The notes under the pieces: generated by a model
Told to the model about the DNA's origin: nothing
What the model saw: only the letters and a program-made list of their open reading frames with translations
The model's database searches: none
Assembly: GCA_048940925.1 (NCBI GenBank)
Contig: JBHLOC010000025.1
Coordinates: 10,907-74,906 of the forward strand
Reading direction: 5' to 3'
DNA: 64,000 nt
From: Promethearchaeota archaeon
Lineage (GTDB): Archaea; Asgardarchaeota; Lokiarchaeia; Sigyniarchaeales; SOKP01
Made by a program: the position numbers and the translations under genes
Shown here: positions 1 to 10,748 of the stretch, piece after piece
How positions within the stretch are numbered: the stretch's first letter is position 1
Layout of the letters: each line of letters opens with the position of its first letter

Positions 1-645
1 ACAGATGTTATGGTTAAAAATAAAAAAATGTTTTATCTTAATAGCATCGCTATTATTACAATGATTATTTTATTTGTTGCCCTACCTGTACCCCTATATC
101 TAACAGCAGTCGTTTCAACTTTAATTTTAGTCCTAGTTAATAGGAAATTTACTAAAAAACCTATGAGTGAACTATTAAAAGATATTGAATGGGAAATCAT
201 ATTCTTCTTTATCTCCTTGTATGTTATCATTGAATGTCTTATTCAGGCAGGATTTACTGAAATTTTTACTAATTTACCTTTTCGAGAATTAAATCCAATT
301 TTTTTATCATTCTTGATTTTAATTATTGTGAGTTTTGTGAGTGGATTTGTTGCAAATACTCCTACTGCATTAATTTTTAATACCATAATCATGACTTTAA
401 TTGCAGCTCCAAATTATTTTGAACCAGTTCCATTATTATTTGCTTTTATAATAGGGATAAATCTCGGTGGAAATATTATACCTCAAGGTGCTGCCTGTGA
501 TATGATGACTTTAAAAATCGCACAAGATTCAGGGGTAGATAATCTAAATTATAAACGCTTACTAAAAACTGGAGCTACTTTTGCTTTCATACATATTGGA
601 CTCGCAGCTTTCTACTTAATTATTTTATCAGCAATTTTTGTCTAA
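1..645 (+). CDS. ArsB/NhaD/SLC13-family ion transporter permease, C-terminal part (5'-truncated by window edge)
   Basis: Frame is open from base 1. Multi-TM protein with IEWEIIFFF, SGFVANTP and NLGGNIIPQGAA motifs typical of the IT superfamily. Confidence 0.75.
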   Translation, partial: TDVMVKNKKMFYLNSIAIITMIILFVALPVPLYLTAVVSTLILVLVNRKFTKKPMSELLKDIEWEIIFFFISLYVIIECLIQAGFTEIFTNLPFRELNPIFLSFLILIIVSFVSGFVANTPTALIFNTIIMTLIAAPNYFEPVPLLFAFIIGINLGGNIIPQGAACDMMTLKIAQDSGVDNLNYKRLLKTGATFAFIHIGLAAFYLIILSAIFV

Positions 646-706
646 TAAGAAAGAGAGAAAGCATATTAAAAAGTTAGGTTTCCTCGCAAAATTTATTTAC
701 TTTAAT

Positions 707-1234
707 CTATTTTATTCCTTGGTCATCTATAATAAGATGTGTGAGATCAAAGAAAGCCTTTTCAACATTTTCCCCTGTTTTAGCTGAAGTCTCAATATAT
801 AAACATTCTTTATTTTTAACATATTTTTCTACTTCATCCCTATCAATAATTTGTCCTATTTCAGGAATTAAATCAGTTTTATTACCTATTATTACTTTTG
901 GAATGTCATTTTTCATAATACTCCGCATTTCTGAGAGCCAACTCTTCATACCTGTAAATGTATGTTGCCTTGAAAGATCAAATACTAGCATTGCACCCTG
1001 TGCACCATCATAAAAACTTCGATGTAGAAATTTAAATCGCTCTTGGCCTCCTATATCCCAAATATGGAGTTTAATTAATTTTGATGGTTGAAATTCCACG
1101 GTCTTAGTTAAAAAGTCAACTCCAATAGTTAATTTATATTTCAAAGTAAATTCATTATGAACAAATCTGTTTAACAAACTTGTTTTACCAACCGCACTTG
1201 GCCCAACAATTATAACCTTAAAAGTGAATTCCAT
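707..1234 (-). CDS. Rab-like small GTPase (Ras superfamily, eukaryotic signature protein)
   Basis: G1 GPSAVGKTS, G2 YKLTIGVDF, G3 WDIGGQERF, G4 NKTD, G5 ETSAK. No C-terminal prenylation cysteines. Confidence 0.93.
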   Translation of the reverse strand: MEFTFKVIIVGPSAVGKTSLLNRFVHNEFTLKYKLTIGVDFLTKTVEFQPSKLIKLHIWDIGGQERFKFLHRSFYDGAQGAMLVFDLSRQHTFTGMKSWLSEMRSIMKNDIPKVIIGNKTDLIPEIGQIIDRDEVEKYVKNKECLYIETSAKTGENVEKAFFDLTHLIIDDQGIK

Positions 1235-1381
1235 GATAGTTTTTAGTCTAAGTAGTTTATTAGATTTATAATTATATTTTTTGTTTTTAAATTTACTCTA
1301 AAGCGTAATTAGATATATATTAAATTTAACCATTATTTTTAGTTCAATGAAAAAGTAGGATTTAAAAAAGAGTTAAAAATA

Positions 1382-2632
1382 TTATAACCAACCTCTAAGC
1401 CGCATAGCGTTAATAACACGCTCAACAGCAATAATATATGCTCCCATTCTATTATGAGTGCTAAATTTATTTGCTTGTTCTACAGTAGAACGATAAGCGC
1501 GCGTCATTACTCTATCTAATGCCTCAAAAACTTCAGTTTCTGTCCAAAAGTAACGATAATAACCTTGAACCATTTCAAAATAAGATACAGTAACCCCTCC
1601 TGCGTTACACAAAAAGTCAGGAATAACAATTATCCCCTTTTCAAAGAGAGTTGTATCAGCATCTGGTGTAGTTGGTCCATTTGCTAATTCTGCAATAATT
1701 TTAGTATTTATATTATCAACATTATTTCTTGTTATGACATTTTCAAGTGCTGCAGGTACTAATACATCACATTCTAATTCCAACAATTCTTCATTTGTGA
1801 TATCCTTTGTCCCTTTTGCTCCCACAACTGATCTTGTCTTTTCTTTATGTTCAGCAGCCATATAAGGATCTATCCCCCCTTCATTATAGATACCTCCTTT
1901 AGAATCAGATACTGCTATGACTTTGCAGCCAAACTCATCATTTAATAGTTTTGCAGCCCATGAACCAGCATTACCATAACCTTGAACTACTACTTTAGCC
2001 CCGTTTAAGTTAAGTCCAATATCTTTTGCAGCTTCTCGTATAGCAAATACTCCTCCTTTTGCTGTTGCTATTGATCTTCCAGCGCTACCTCCCAATGGTA
2101 AAGGTTTACCAGTAATTACAGAAGGAGCATGCCTACGGACAATTTTTTCATATTCATCTTGCATCCATGCCATTATTTGAGGATTTGTATAAACATCTGG
2201 TGCAGGAACATCTATATTGGGTCCTATAAAATCAGCAAGTTGTCTAATATAATTTCGGGCAAGACTTTCAAGCTCTCTATTACTCATAGCTTTTGGATTG
2301 CATATTATTCCTCCTTTAGCTCCACCAAGAGGAATATCCACACATGCAGTCTTCCACGTCATCCAAGCTGATAGTGCTTTTACTAATGAAGCACTTTCAT
2401 CTGGATGCCATCTTATTCCGCCTTTCATTGGGCCTCTAGCAGAATTATATTGACTCCTGAAACCCTTAAATGTCTTTATCGAACCATCATCCATTTTCAT
2501 AGTTATTTTTATTTCTACAAACCTTTCAGGTTCACTTAAAGCATTATAAATTTCACTATCATATCCACTAATTTGACATGCATCATAGAGTTGTTTTTGG
2601 CTAATCTTAAAAGGATCCAACTCTTCACTCAT
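1382..2632 (-). CDS. gdhA: Glutamate dehydrogenase (Glu/Leu/Phe/Val dehydrogenase family)
   Basis: [32 protein letters not shown] and [11 protein letters not shown] motifs. The ATG at 2632 (MSEE) follows a GAGTGA SD-like motif; the ORF track starts at 2653. Confidence 0.93.
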   Translation of the reverse strand: MSEELDPFKISQKQLYDACQISGYDSEIYNALSEPERFVEIKITMKMDDGSIKTFKGFRSQYNSARGPMKGGIRWHPDESASLVKALSAWMTWKTACVDIPLGGAKGGIICNPKAMSNRELESLARNYIRQLADFIGPNIDVPAPDVYTNPQIMAWMQDEYEKIVRRHAPSVITGKPLPLGGSAGRSIATAKGGVFAIREAAKDIGLNLNGAKVVVQGYGNAGSWAAKLLNDEFGCKVIAVSDSKGGIYNEGGIDPYMAAEHKEKTRSVVGAKGTKDITNEELLELECDVLVPAALENVITRNNVDNINTKIIAELANGPTTPDADTTLFEKGIIVIPDFLCNAGGVTVSYFEMVQGYYRYFWTETEVFEALDRVMTRAYRSTVEQANKFSTHNRMGAYIIAVERVINAMRLRGWL

Positions 2633-2873
2633 CTTAAATTTCACTCTCGTCAATTATACCAATAATAAATTTGAATAATTTTCAATTTCAGGTATATAAA
2701 AGATAATTATTCTGAATAAATTTGTATTTTTTATTATTTAATTTGATTAATAATTTATGATATAAAATAATAGCAATAAATCTTTTCTATGGGAAAGATT
2801 TGGGAAATTAGAATTTCGGATGTTAAAAGATTGTAATGATTACAATAACCAAGGTCTTAAATTTAAATTATAT

Positions 2874-5618
2874 TTAGCAACTATGTTGATTTTCGTCTAA
2901 TCTGAATTTATGACTCAAATATTCGTCTATAGCTATTGCTGCTTTTTTTCCTCCTCCCATAGCTGAAATAACAGTGGCAGAGCCTGTAACTATATCTCCC
3001 CCTGCATAGATACCTTCTAAATTAGTATTACTATTTTCATCAGTCTCAATATATCCCCATTTATCAAGCTTTAATTCTGGAAGTGATTTAATTAATATCG
3101 GATTAGGAGTAGTGCCTATAGCTATTATGACAGTATCTGTTTCTATGGTATATTCAGAATTTTCAATTGGTATCGGTCTACGACGGTCAGATTCATCAGG
3201 TTCACCTAAACGCATTTTAATAACCTCCATTTCTTTTACAGATTCATTTTTATCTCCTATGATCTTTTTAGGATTAGTTAAAAATAGAAATTCAATTCCC
3301 TCTTCAATAGCATGATGATATTCCTCTCTTCTTGCTGGCATCTCATATTCAGACCTCCTATAAACAACTATTACTTTTTTTGCTCCTAATCGTTTAGCAA
3401 CCCTAGATGCATCTAACGCAGTATTTCCTCCACCAATAATAGTTACAATTTCACCTACCTTAATTGGGGTGTCATATTCAGGAAATCTATAGGCCTTCAT
3501 TAAATTGGCTCGTGTGAGGAATTCATTTGCTGTTAGAACCCCATTAAGAGTCAATCCTGGAATTTTGGGAAACATAGGAAGTCCAGCACCTACCCCAATA
3601 AAAAATGCTTCAAATCCCAGTTGCTTTAATTCTTCTAAAGTTAGAGTTTTCCCTATAATAGAATTATAATGCATTTTCACATCTAACATTTTTAATGTTT
3701 CAATCTCTTCCTTTACAATTTCTTTTGGTAATCTAAATTCTGGGATACCATATGCCAATACTCCTCCTCCCGTATGAAAAGCCTCAAATATTGAAACATC
3801 ATAACCTCTCATAGCAAGTTCTCCAGCGCAAGTTAAACCAGCGGGTCCAGCTCCTATAATAGCGACTTTTATATTTTTTGGGGATTGACAATCAGGACAT
3901 TCTTTTAATTGGTTTTTCCTTTCCCAATCAGCAATGAACCTTTCTAAATATCCAATAGCAATAGGCTCATCAAGATTATTTAATAAACATCTTTCTTCAC
4001 ATTGAATTTCTTGTGGGCACACTCTTCCACAAATAGCCGGCAATAAATTATATTTCTTTATTGCACGAATTGCTTCAATAAATTTCTCTTCTTTTAGCAA
4101 TTTTATAAATTTGGGGATATTTATATTAACAGGGCATCCATCAACACATTGAGGATATCCACATTGTAAACATCTATGAGCTTCTAATTTTACCATTTCT
4201 GGCGTTAAACCCTTAGGTACTTCATGAAAATTTTTTACTCGTATACTAGGGTCTTGTTCAATCATTTTTGGCCTATATATTTCCTTAAAGATTTTTTGCT
4301 TTGATTTTGCTATTCTTTTAAGAGATTGAAAATTATTACTATCCTCCATTATTTGTTTGTATTCAATTAGTTGAAGATCAATAGCCTTTTGGAAGATATC
4401 AGCACCTTTTTTGGTTCTTATAATAACTGTTGACCAACCGGGTTCAGACCCGATCGAACCGACCGAAATATCTGCGTGTTCTGAAGTAAGATCATCACAA
4501 AAGTAACATGCTAACCTACTATATTTTTTAATTTCATTTACAGGTATAGTATAAATAGAATTATCTTTATGAAAAACAAAAAAGCGTCCTTTATCGATAT
4601 CCATTTTTTTAATATCATTAGGAGAGAGTTGAAATTCTGCTTTCAGAAGAGACTTAATTTGATCATAATTAAATGATTCCATGCAGAACAATCCTATTTT
4701 TAGAATAATATTTTGATAAAAAGAGTTATTCAAAGGATAAAGCATTGTCTTCTTAAGGGCTTTCATCATGCAAGGTGTTCCGACTACGGCGATCTTTTCA
4801 TAATTCTTAGAAGAATTCAGAATTCTTAGGTTAGGAGTATTAGTATATTTGGTGCCAGAAGTTATTAACAAGTCTTTTTCATTGTCAACCATAACGGGTA
4901 GAGGTTTATGTGGTTCGTTAGAAACACTAACTGCTAATGCAGCATCAATCAAATTTTCTCGAAAAGCGGTTTTAAGTAATGTTGTAACAATTCCTCCATT
5001 TTGTGCATTTTTTTTAATTTGATTATCATTAGTCTGTGCTGTATAGATTTCAGAAAAATAATTTAATTGTTCAGAAAATTTAACATCTATATCTTTATCC
5101 TCTCTTAATCTTTTTAGATTTTTTGGAAAGAAGGATCTTGGGCAACAAATAAAGCATAAGCCACAATTAATACATACTTCTTCTTTTATATCAAAAGAAG
5201 TCCCCATATGATGAATTGCATTGACAGGACAAATAGAATCACATAATCCGCATCCACAACATAAATTTTTATCTCTAATTATTGATACATTAGGAAATAA
5301 CCCTTTATTCTCATTTTGCTCTATAAATTTTTGAAAAAATCTTGATTGTTTACCCAGAAATTTTAAACAGCCTAATTCTTTTAAATATTCTATATTACAA
5401 ATTAAAGATTTTTCTGTTATCCCTAATTTTTCCTTTAATTTGGGAATATCTATTGAACCAATTTTTTTTATATTTTCTAAAATTTTTTGTCGCTCTCTTT
5501 CTGCTTGAGAGAGGAGTTTTATGAATTCATTAAATTCCTTTTCATTATATCTTTCTGTTTTTATAATCTCATCTTTATTATCAAGGAAAACTCTAATTAG
5601 AGGTGATTGTATTTCCAT
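2874..5618 (-). CDS. Fusion protein: wHTH-like + 2x[4Fe-4S] + FrhB/FdhB (F420-binding) domain + NfnB/SudA/GltD-like flavoprotein
   Basis: Ferredoxin motifs CCGCGLC..CP and CINCGLC..CP. FrhB motifs QNGGIVT, GTKY, VGTPC, IGLFCME, DISVGSIG..GWSTVIIRT. NfnB motifs RCLQC..CP, CGRVCPQE.QCE, GAGPAG, YGIPEFRLPK, GGGNTALD. Probable start is ATG 5618 (ORF track 5633). Confidence 0.88.
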   Translation of the reverse strand: MEIQSPLIRVFLDNKDEIIKTERYNEKEFNEFIKLLSQAERERQKILENIKKIGSIDIPKLKEKLGITEKSLICNIEYLKELGCLKFLGKQSRFFQKFIEQNENKGLFPNVSIIRDKNLCCGCGLCDSICPVNAIHHMGTSFDIKEEVCINCGLCFICCPRSFFPKNLKRLREDKDIDVKFSEQLNYFSEIYTAQTNDNQIKKNAQNGGIVTTLLKTAFRENLIDAALAVSVSNEPHKPLPVMVDNEKDLLITSGTKYTNTPNLRILNSSKNYEKIAVVGTPCMMKALKKTMLYPLNNSFYQNIILKIGLFCMESFNYDQIKSLLKAEFQLSPNDIKKMDIDKGRFFVFHKDNSIYTIPVNEIKKYSRLACYFCDDLTSEHADISVGSIGSEPGWSTVIIRTKKGADIFQKAIDLQLIEYKQIMEDSNNFQSLKRIAKSKQKIFKEIYRPKMIEQDPSIRVKNFHEVPKGLTPEMVKLEAHRCLQCGYPQCVDGCPVNINIPKFIKLLKEEKFIEAIRAIKKYNLLPAICGRVCPQEIQCEERCLLNNLDEPIAIGYLERFIADWERKNQLKECPDCQSPKNIKVAIIGAGPAGLTCAGELAMRGYDVSIFEAFHTGGGVLAYGIPEFRLPKEIVKEEIETLKMLDVKMHYNSIIGKTLTLEELKQLGFEAFFIGVGAGLPMFPKIPGLTLNGVLTANEFLTRANLMKAYRFPEYDTPIKVGEIVTIIGGGNTALDASRVAKRLGAKKVIVVYRRSEYEMPARREEYHHAIEEGIEFLFLTNPKKIIGDKNESVKEMEVIKMRLGEPDESDRRRPIPIENSEYTIETDTVIIAIGTTPNPILIKSLPELKLDKWGYIETDENSNTNLEGIYAGGDIVTGSATVISAMGGGKKAAIAIDEYLSHKFRLDENQHSC

Positions 5619-5619
5619 T

Positions 5620-6504
5620 TTAAGGAGTTTCACCTTCCATCTTTTCCATTGCTTTACATTTTTGTTTATATCGTTCTAATGAAATTTTTTCTTGCTCAAC
5701 AAACCTATTAGCACGACTTAAAAGATTATCAAAATCTACTACATGACCATCAACATCTGGTCCATCAACACAAGCAAAAAGTATTTCTCCAGTTTTAGTT
5801 GAGAATCGACATCCTCCACACATCCCTGTTCCATCAATCATTATTGTGTTTAAAGATACATAAGTTTTTACCTTAGGTAATCCTTCAATTCCACTAGTGA
5901 GAATAGAAACATTTTTCATCATAATTAATGGACCAATTGCGATAACAACACTAATTTTTTCTTTTTCTAACAAGTCTTTTAGAGGTTTAGTTACAAAGCC
6001 CTTTATTCCCTCAGTCCCATCATTTGTACAAGTAATCACTCTATCACTAACGACATTCATTTTGTCTTTCCAAAATAATAATTCACGTGTTTTTGCACCT
6101 ACAATTGATATAACCTTATTACCTGCATTTTTCAATTCTTTTGCCTGTGGAAAACATTCAGCAATACCCACTCCCCCTCCAACTATAACAATGGGATTTT
6201 CATATTTTTCAATATGAATTTTATTTCCAAGTGGTCCAATCACATCTAAAATTTCATCATCGACATTCTTATGTGAAAGCAATAGTGTAGATTTTCCAAC
6301 TACTTGAAAAACTATAGTGATAATTCCTTTTTCGCTACTATAATCGGCAATAGTAAGAGGAATTCTCTCACCGGTCTCATTTATTCGAATTAATACAAAA
6401 TTACCAGCAAATGCCTTTTTCGCAATTAAAGGGGCCCTTACATCAATTTCAAATAAAGTTCCACTATTTCCAAGCTGAATTTTTTTTAGTATCTTGTAGG
6501 GCAT
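5620..6504 (-). CDS. nfnA: NfnA/SudB-type FAD/NAD-binding [2Fe-2S] subunit
   Basis: GERIPLTI, GPLG, GGGVG and MIDGTGMCGGCR..ACVDGP (Asp/Cys-ligated 2Fe-2S). Abuts the NfnB-containing fusion gene. Confidence 0.88.
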   Translation of the reverse strand: MPYKILKKIQLGNSGTLFEIDVRAPLIAKKAFAGNFVLIRINETGERIPLTIADYSSEKGIITIVFQVVGKSTLLLSHKNVDDEILDVIGPLGNKIHIEKYENPIVIVGGGVGIAECFPQAKELKNAGNKVISIVGAKTRELLFWKDKMNVVSDRVITCTNDGTEGIKGFVTKPLKDLLEKEKISVVIAIGPLIMMKNVSILTSGIEGLPKVKTYVSLNTIMIDGTGMCGGCRFSTKTGEILFACVDGPDVDGHVVDFDNLLSRANRFVEQEKISLERYKQKCKAMEKMEGETP

Positions 6505-6604
6505 AAGCAATTTTCAAAAATTTTAAATTTATTTTGGATAAATCCATTTTCTAATTGATGGAATATTTCAATGTAAAAAAAGAGTATTATTAAATATATT
6601 GGTT

Positions 6605-6622
6605 ATGGGAATTACTTCCCCT
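6605..6622. promoter_or_regulatory. Palindromic operator candidate, copy 1 (ATGGGAATTACTTCCCCT), between divergent nfnA and guaA
   Basis: GGGA-N6-TCCC core. Near-identical sites occur at 12148 and 18308. Confidence 0.55.
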
Positions 6623-6851
6623 ATGTCATTGACTATAGCCACGATAAAAGGTTTCAGATGATCTCTTCAACTTATTTTTAATTTCTAAAAATCAAATTTA
6701 TAAAAGATTTTAACCAAGAAAAAACGAATGATTATTTCGAAAAATTAATTTTCTCTAGGAGCTTATTAAATATTAAATTTAAAATATTTTCATTGAACTA
6801 AATACAAATTCACCTAAAATTTAAAATTTATAAAAAAAGCTTGATTTTATT

Positions 6852-8411
6852 ATGGATAATGTTATTGTTCTAGATTTTGGAGGGCAATACTGTCACTTAA
6901 TAACTAGACGTATTAGAAACTTAGGTGTTTATGCTGAAATTTTACCTTTTAATACGGATTTAGACAGAATTAAGGAATTGATGCCTAACGCAATAATTCT
7001 CTCGGGTGGTCCTGGTAGTGTTTATGAAGAAAATAGTCCAAATCTAGCTAAAGCATTTTTTCATTTTACCGTTGAACATAAAATCCCAGTCTTAGGGATT
7101 TGCTATGGCCATCATTTGATTATGCAAATGGAAGGAGGAAAGGTAGAGCCAAAAGAAAAAAAAGAATATGGTAAAGCAAATTTAGAAATAATAGAAAAGA
7201 GCGTATTATTCAATTCATTAGAAACAAATGAAATTGTATGGATGTCACATGGAGATCAGATTACAAAAGTAGCAGATGGATACAAAATTTATGCTAAAAC
7301 GGAGACTTGTCCTATTGCTGCTTATGGAAATGAAGAAAGGATGCTATTTGGGGTTCAATTTCACCCTGAAGTAGTAAATACTCCAAAAGGAAACATAATA
7401 CTATCTAATTTTATCTTTAAAATCGCTCAATGTAAAAAAGAATGGAAATTAGAAAACTGGATTGAGCGAACTATTGAAAGCATTAAAAATGAAATAGGTC
7501 CAAATAATAGAGTAATCTTAGGACTAAGTGGAGGTGTGGATTCATCAGTTACAGCAGTTCTAATACATAAAGCAATTGGAGATAGACTTCATAGTATTTT
7601 TGTTAATAATGGTGTTTTGAGAAAAAATGAACACATTCAAGTTCAAGAGACTTTTAGAAATCGATTAAACTTTAAGAACTTTCATTATATTGATGCTGAG
7701 GACTTATTTTTAGAAAGACTTAAGAATATTGAAGATCCTGAGGAAAAACGTCGTATTATTGGCCACACATTTATAGAAGTGTTTGAGAATAAGACTGTAG
7801 AATTAGAAAAAGAATTCCCAGATATTAAGTATTTAGCTCAAGGTACTATATATCCTGATCGCGTGGAAACTAGTGCTACAAGTAATGCTTCTGCGAAAAT
7901 TAAATCACACCATAACTTAACTCTCCCAGATAATATGAAGCTCGAAATTATCGAGCCTTTAAAGGATTTATATAAAGATGAAGTTAGAGAGATTGGATTG
8001 AAGGTAGGTATTCCAAAAGATATTATTATAAGACATCCATTCCCAGGACCAGGTTTGGCAGTTAGGATTATAGGTCCAATAGATAAGAATAAACTTGATA
8101 TAATACGAGAAGCTGATGAGATTTTAATCGAAGAAATAAATAATGCAGGTATATATGAAAACCTATGGCAAGCATTTTGTGTTTTTCTTCCACTAAAAAC
8201 CGTAGGAATTATGGGAGATTACAGAACTTATGAGTATATGTGTGCTATTAGAGCAGTTGAATCAGTGGATGTAATGACTGCTAATTTCGCTAAACTCAAT
8301 ATGGACTTATTAGAAAGAATTAGTACTCGAATTATCAATGAAGTCAAAGGAATTAATCGTGTCGTTTATGATATATCTAACAAACCCCCAAGTACTATAG
8401 AATATGAATAA
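6852..8411 (+). CDS. guaA: GMP synthase (glutamine-hydrolysing), fused GATase + ATP-PPase
   Basis: LDFGGQY, GICYG, QFHPEV, SGGVDS, IKSHHN, HPFPGPGL and KPPSTIEYE motifs. Confidence 0.97.
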   Translation: MDNVIVLDFGGQYCHLITRRIRNLGVYAEILPFNTDLDRIKELMPNAIILSGGPGSVYEENSPNLAKAFFHFTVEHKIPVLGICYGHHLIMQMEGGKVEPKEKKEYGKANLEIIEKSVLFNSLETNEIVWMSHGDQITKVADGYKIYAKTETCPIAAYGNEERMLFGVQFHPEVVNTPKGNIILSNFIFKIAQCKKEWKLENWIERTIESIKNEIGPNNRVILGLSGGVDSSVTAVLIHKAIGDRLHSIFVNNGVLRKNEHIQVQETFRNRLNFKNFHYIDAEDLFLERLKNIEDPEEKRRIIGHTFIEVFENKTVELEKEFPDIKYLAQGTIYPDRVETSATSNASAKIKSHHNLTLPDNMKLEIIEPLKDLYKDEVREIGLKVGIPKDIIIRHPFPGPGLAVRIIGPIDKNKLDIIREADEILIEEINNAGIYENLWQAFCVFLPLKTVGIMGDYRTYEYMCAIRAVESVDVMTANFAKLNMDLLERISTRIINEVKGINRVVYDISNKPPSTIEYE

Positions 8412-8431
8412 TTAAAAAAGATTATCTTCTT

Positions 8432-8638
8432 TTATTCTTTATTAATTCTTTCTTTTTTATATTCCCATGCTCTATATCCATGGATGAATAAACATACAAC
8501 AAAGCTATACAGTACATTCTTTTGCCCTGGTACTTGGACTACCGAGTTATCAGGCCGCGCAAAAAATAGTATTACTTATCCAACTAGAATTGCAGCAAAG
8601 ATCAAGAAGTTAAAAGCATATCGGGGTTGGATACTCTT
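8432..8638 (-). pseudogene. Possible degraded small membrane-protein fragment
   Basis: One minus frame reads KSIQPRYAFNFLIFAAILVG*VILFFARPDNSVVQVPGQKNVLYSFVVCLFIHGYRAWEYKKERINKE*. It has one internal stop and no start codon. Confidence 0.3.
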
Positions 8639-8833
8639 TTTTTAGTAAAATAATGATTGTATATAAGATTGATGGCCTTACTATTAATTATAATTAACTT
8701 TAATGCAAATTAATATCAACTAAAAAATAATCATTATTTAAAACCTTTATAAGAGAAGAATTCACTTTTAAATTCCTCCAGAAACATCTTAAAGATAAAG
8801 AAAAGGTTTTTAATTTTTCTAATTTTAAACCTC

Positions 8834-10633
8834 ATGATTAAAATGAGTGAAAACGAAATCACATGGGATTTAACGGAAATATTTGCGAGTTATGATGACC
8901 CAAGGATCACCGACACAATTAATAGACTTTCAAAAAGTGCTGATGATTTAATAAGAGATTATAAAGGAAAAATCAATAATACTGACTTTAATTCTCAAAA
9001 ACTATTAGAACTTTTCGAAAAACATGAGAATTTTCAAGCAGATCTCAATGAAATTAAACTCTTTACAAATAGATTATATAGTGCTAATATGACAATTCCA
9101 GAAAGTGAAACATTGAAGAATCGAGTTGAGGATTTTGAAACAAAAATATCGAAGGATTTAGCATTTTTAGAATTAGAGGTTGCAAAATTTGTAGATAAAA
9201 ATCCAAATGTAATTAATGATCAAATTCTTACTAACTACAAGCATAAGTTGGAAAAAATAAAAAGAGCTTATCCTCATTATTTATCTGAAGTAGAAGAACA
9301 ACTAATCCTTGAGAAGGATCAATATGGTATTAAAGCATGGAGTAATTTGCAGTCTAAATGGTTGAACACGAGGAAAATAATGGTGAATGTTGAAGGTGAA
9401 GATAAAGAACTGTCATATGGAGAAGCTAATGCATTACTTACTCACCCAGATAGGAAGACTAGAATTTCAGCAAATAAATCTATTTATGGATTGTTAGGAA
9501 AAGAGGAGTATGTTTTTTCTTCAGCCCTTAGAAGTATTTGTGGAGATTGGATTAAAAATTCTAAAAGACGAAAATATGACAGTCCTATGCATAATAGTCT
9601 CTTAGTAAATGATACAACTCAAGAAATAATCGATAATTTGATGAAATCAATAGAAGAAGGAGTAAATATTTATCGTAAATATTTATATCTTAAAGCAAAA
9701 ATTTTAAAACTACCAATTCTAAGCTGTGCTGATGTACGTGCGCCATTACCAATTGCACCACATAAAAAATATTCATGGGAACAAGCAAAAGAACTTGCAA
9801 TTCAAGCTTATGAAAAATTTGATACTGAATTCGCTACTATTGTGAAAGAAATGTTTGATAAAAAACATATTGATGCAAGTCCTAGAAAAGGTAAACGAAA
9901 TGGAGCAAATTGTGCTTCGTGGTATAAAGGTAAATCTGCTTTTATTCTTCTGACTTATACTGGTAAATTAAATGAGATTTTTACACTTATACATGAGCTT
10001 GGACATGCTATCCATGATTATCTCGCAATAGAAGAACAAACATATTATAATATTCATCCAGGATATACTGTAGCAGAAACAGCATCAACCTTCGGAGAGC
10101 TATTAGTAACAGATCTCCTTATTGAGAGAGCAGATTCAAAAGAAGAAAAGATGGCGATTTTAGCCCATGTATTAGATGAAGCAGGACAAGGTGCGTTCCA
10201 AGTGAGTGCAAGAGTTTGGTTCGAACAAGATCTTTATAGAGCAATTGAAAGAGGCGAAAATTTAGACGGAAAGACAATTTCCAAATATTGGTGTGCAGGG
10301 AGAAATCAAATATATGGAGACTCTGTTGAGTGGTTTGACGAGATGGATTGGGAATGGACGATGAAACCACATTACTTCATACCCAATTTTCGGTTTTATA
10401 ATTATCCATATGTCTATGCACAACTATTCGTGTATGCATTGTATCAAACATTTAAAAAAGAAGGTAAAGAATTCGTTCCTAAATTTAAAAAACTTCTGAG
10501 AGCTGGAGGTAGTTTGGCACCAGAAGAGTTAGGAGATATTGTAGGACTGAATATCACGAAGCAAGACTTCTGGGAATTAGGACTAAAACAATATGAAGAT
10601 TTTGTCAATCAATTGGAAGGGTTAATGAGATAA
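8834..10633 (+). CDS. pepF: Oligoendopeptidase F (M3B family)
   Basis: N-terminal WDLTEIF, zinc motif HELGH, AETASTFGE and FYNYPY. Confidence 0.92.
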   Translation: MIKMSENEITWDLTEIFASYDDPRITDTINRLSKSADDLIRDYKGKINNTDFNSQKLLELFEKHENFQADLNEIKLFTNRLYSANMTIPESETLKNRVEDFETKISKDLAFLELEVAKFVDKNPNVINDQILTNYKHKLEKIKRAYPHYLSEVEEQLILEKDQYGIKAWSNLQSKWLNTRKIMVNVEGEDKELSYGEANALLTHPDRKTRISANKSIYGLLGKEEYVFSSALRSICGDWIKNSKRRKYDSPMHNSLLVNDTTQEIIDNLMKSIEEGVNIYRKYLYLKAKILKLPILSCADVRAPLPIAPHKKYSWEQAKELAIQAYEKFDTEFATIVKEMFDKKHIDASPRKGKRNGANCASWYKGKSAFILLTYTGKLNEIFTLIHELGHAIHDYLAIEEQTYYNIHPGYTVAETASTFGELLVTDLLIERADSKEEKMAILAHVLDEAGQGAFQVSARVWFEQDLYRAIERGENLDGKTISKYWCAGRNQIYGDSVEWFDEMDWEWTMKPHYFIPNFRFYNYPYVYAQLFVYALYQTFKKEGKEFVPKFKKLLRAGGSLAPEELGDIVGLNITKQDFWELGLKQYEDFVNQLEGLMR

Positions 10634-10748
10634 ACTCTGTCTAAAAAACATATCATAAAAATTTTCTTTAAATTTTTTATTCAAATATTCTTTTTTTATC
10701 ATAGTTTTTATAAAAATTTACTAGGTCTAAATCTTTCGTGTGTTTTTT

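Noticed and set aside
2778-2801. Imperfect palindrome AAATCTTTTCTATGGGAAAGATTT upstream of gdhA
   Set aside because: It does not fit the GGGA-N6-WCCC spacing. It could be a terminator or half-site, so it was not called as a feature.
8380-8834. guaA 3' end as an integration site
   Set aside because: guaA is a known hotspot in bacteria, but I found no duplicate of its 3' end and no integrase in the window.
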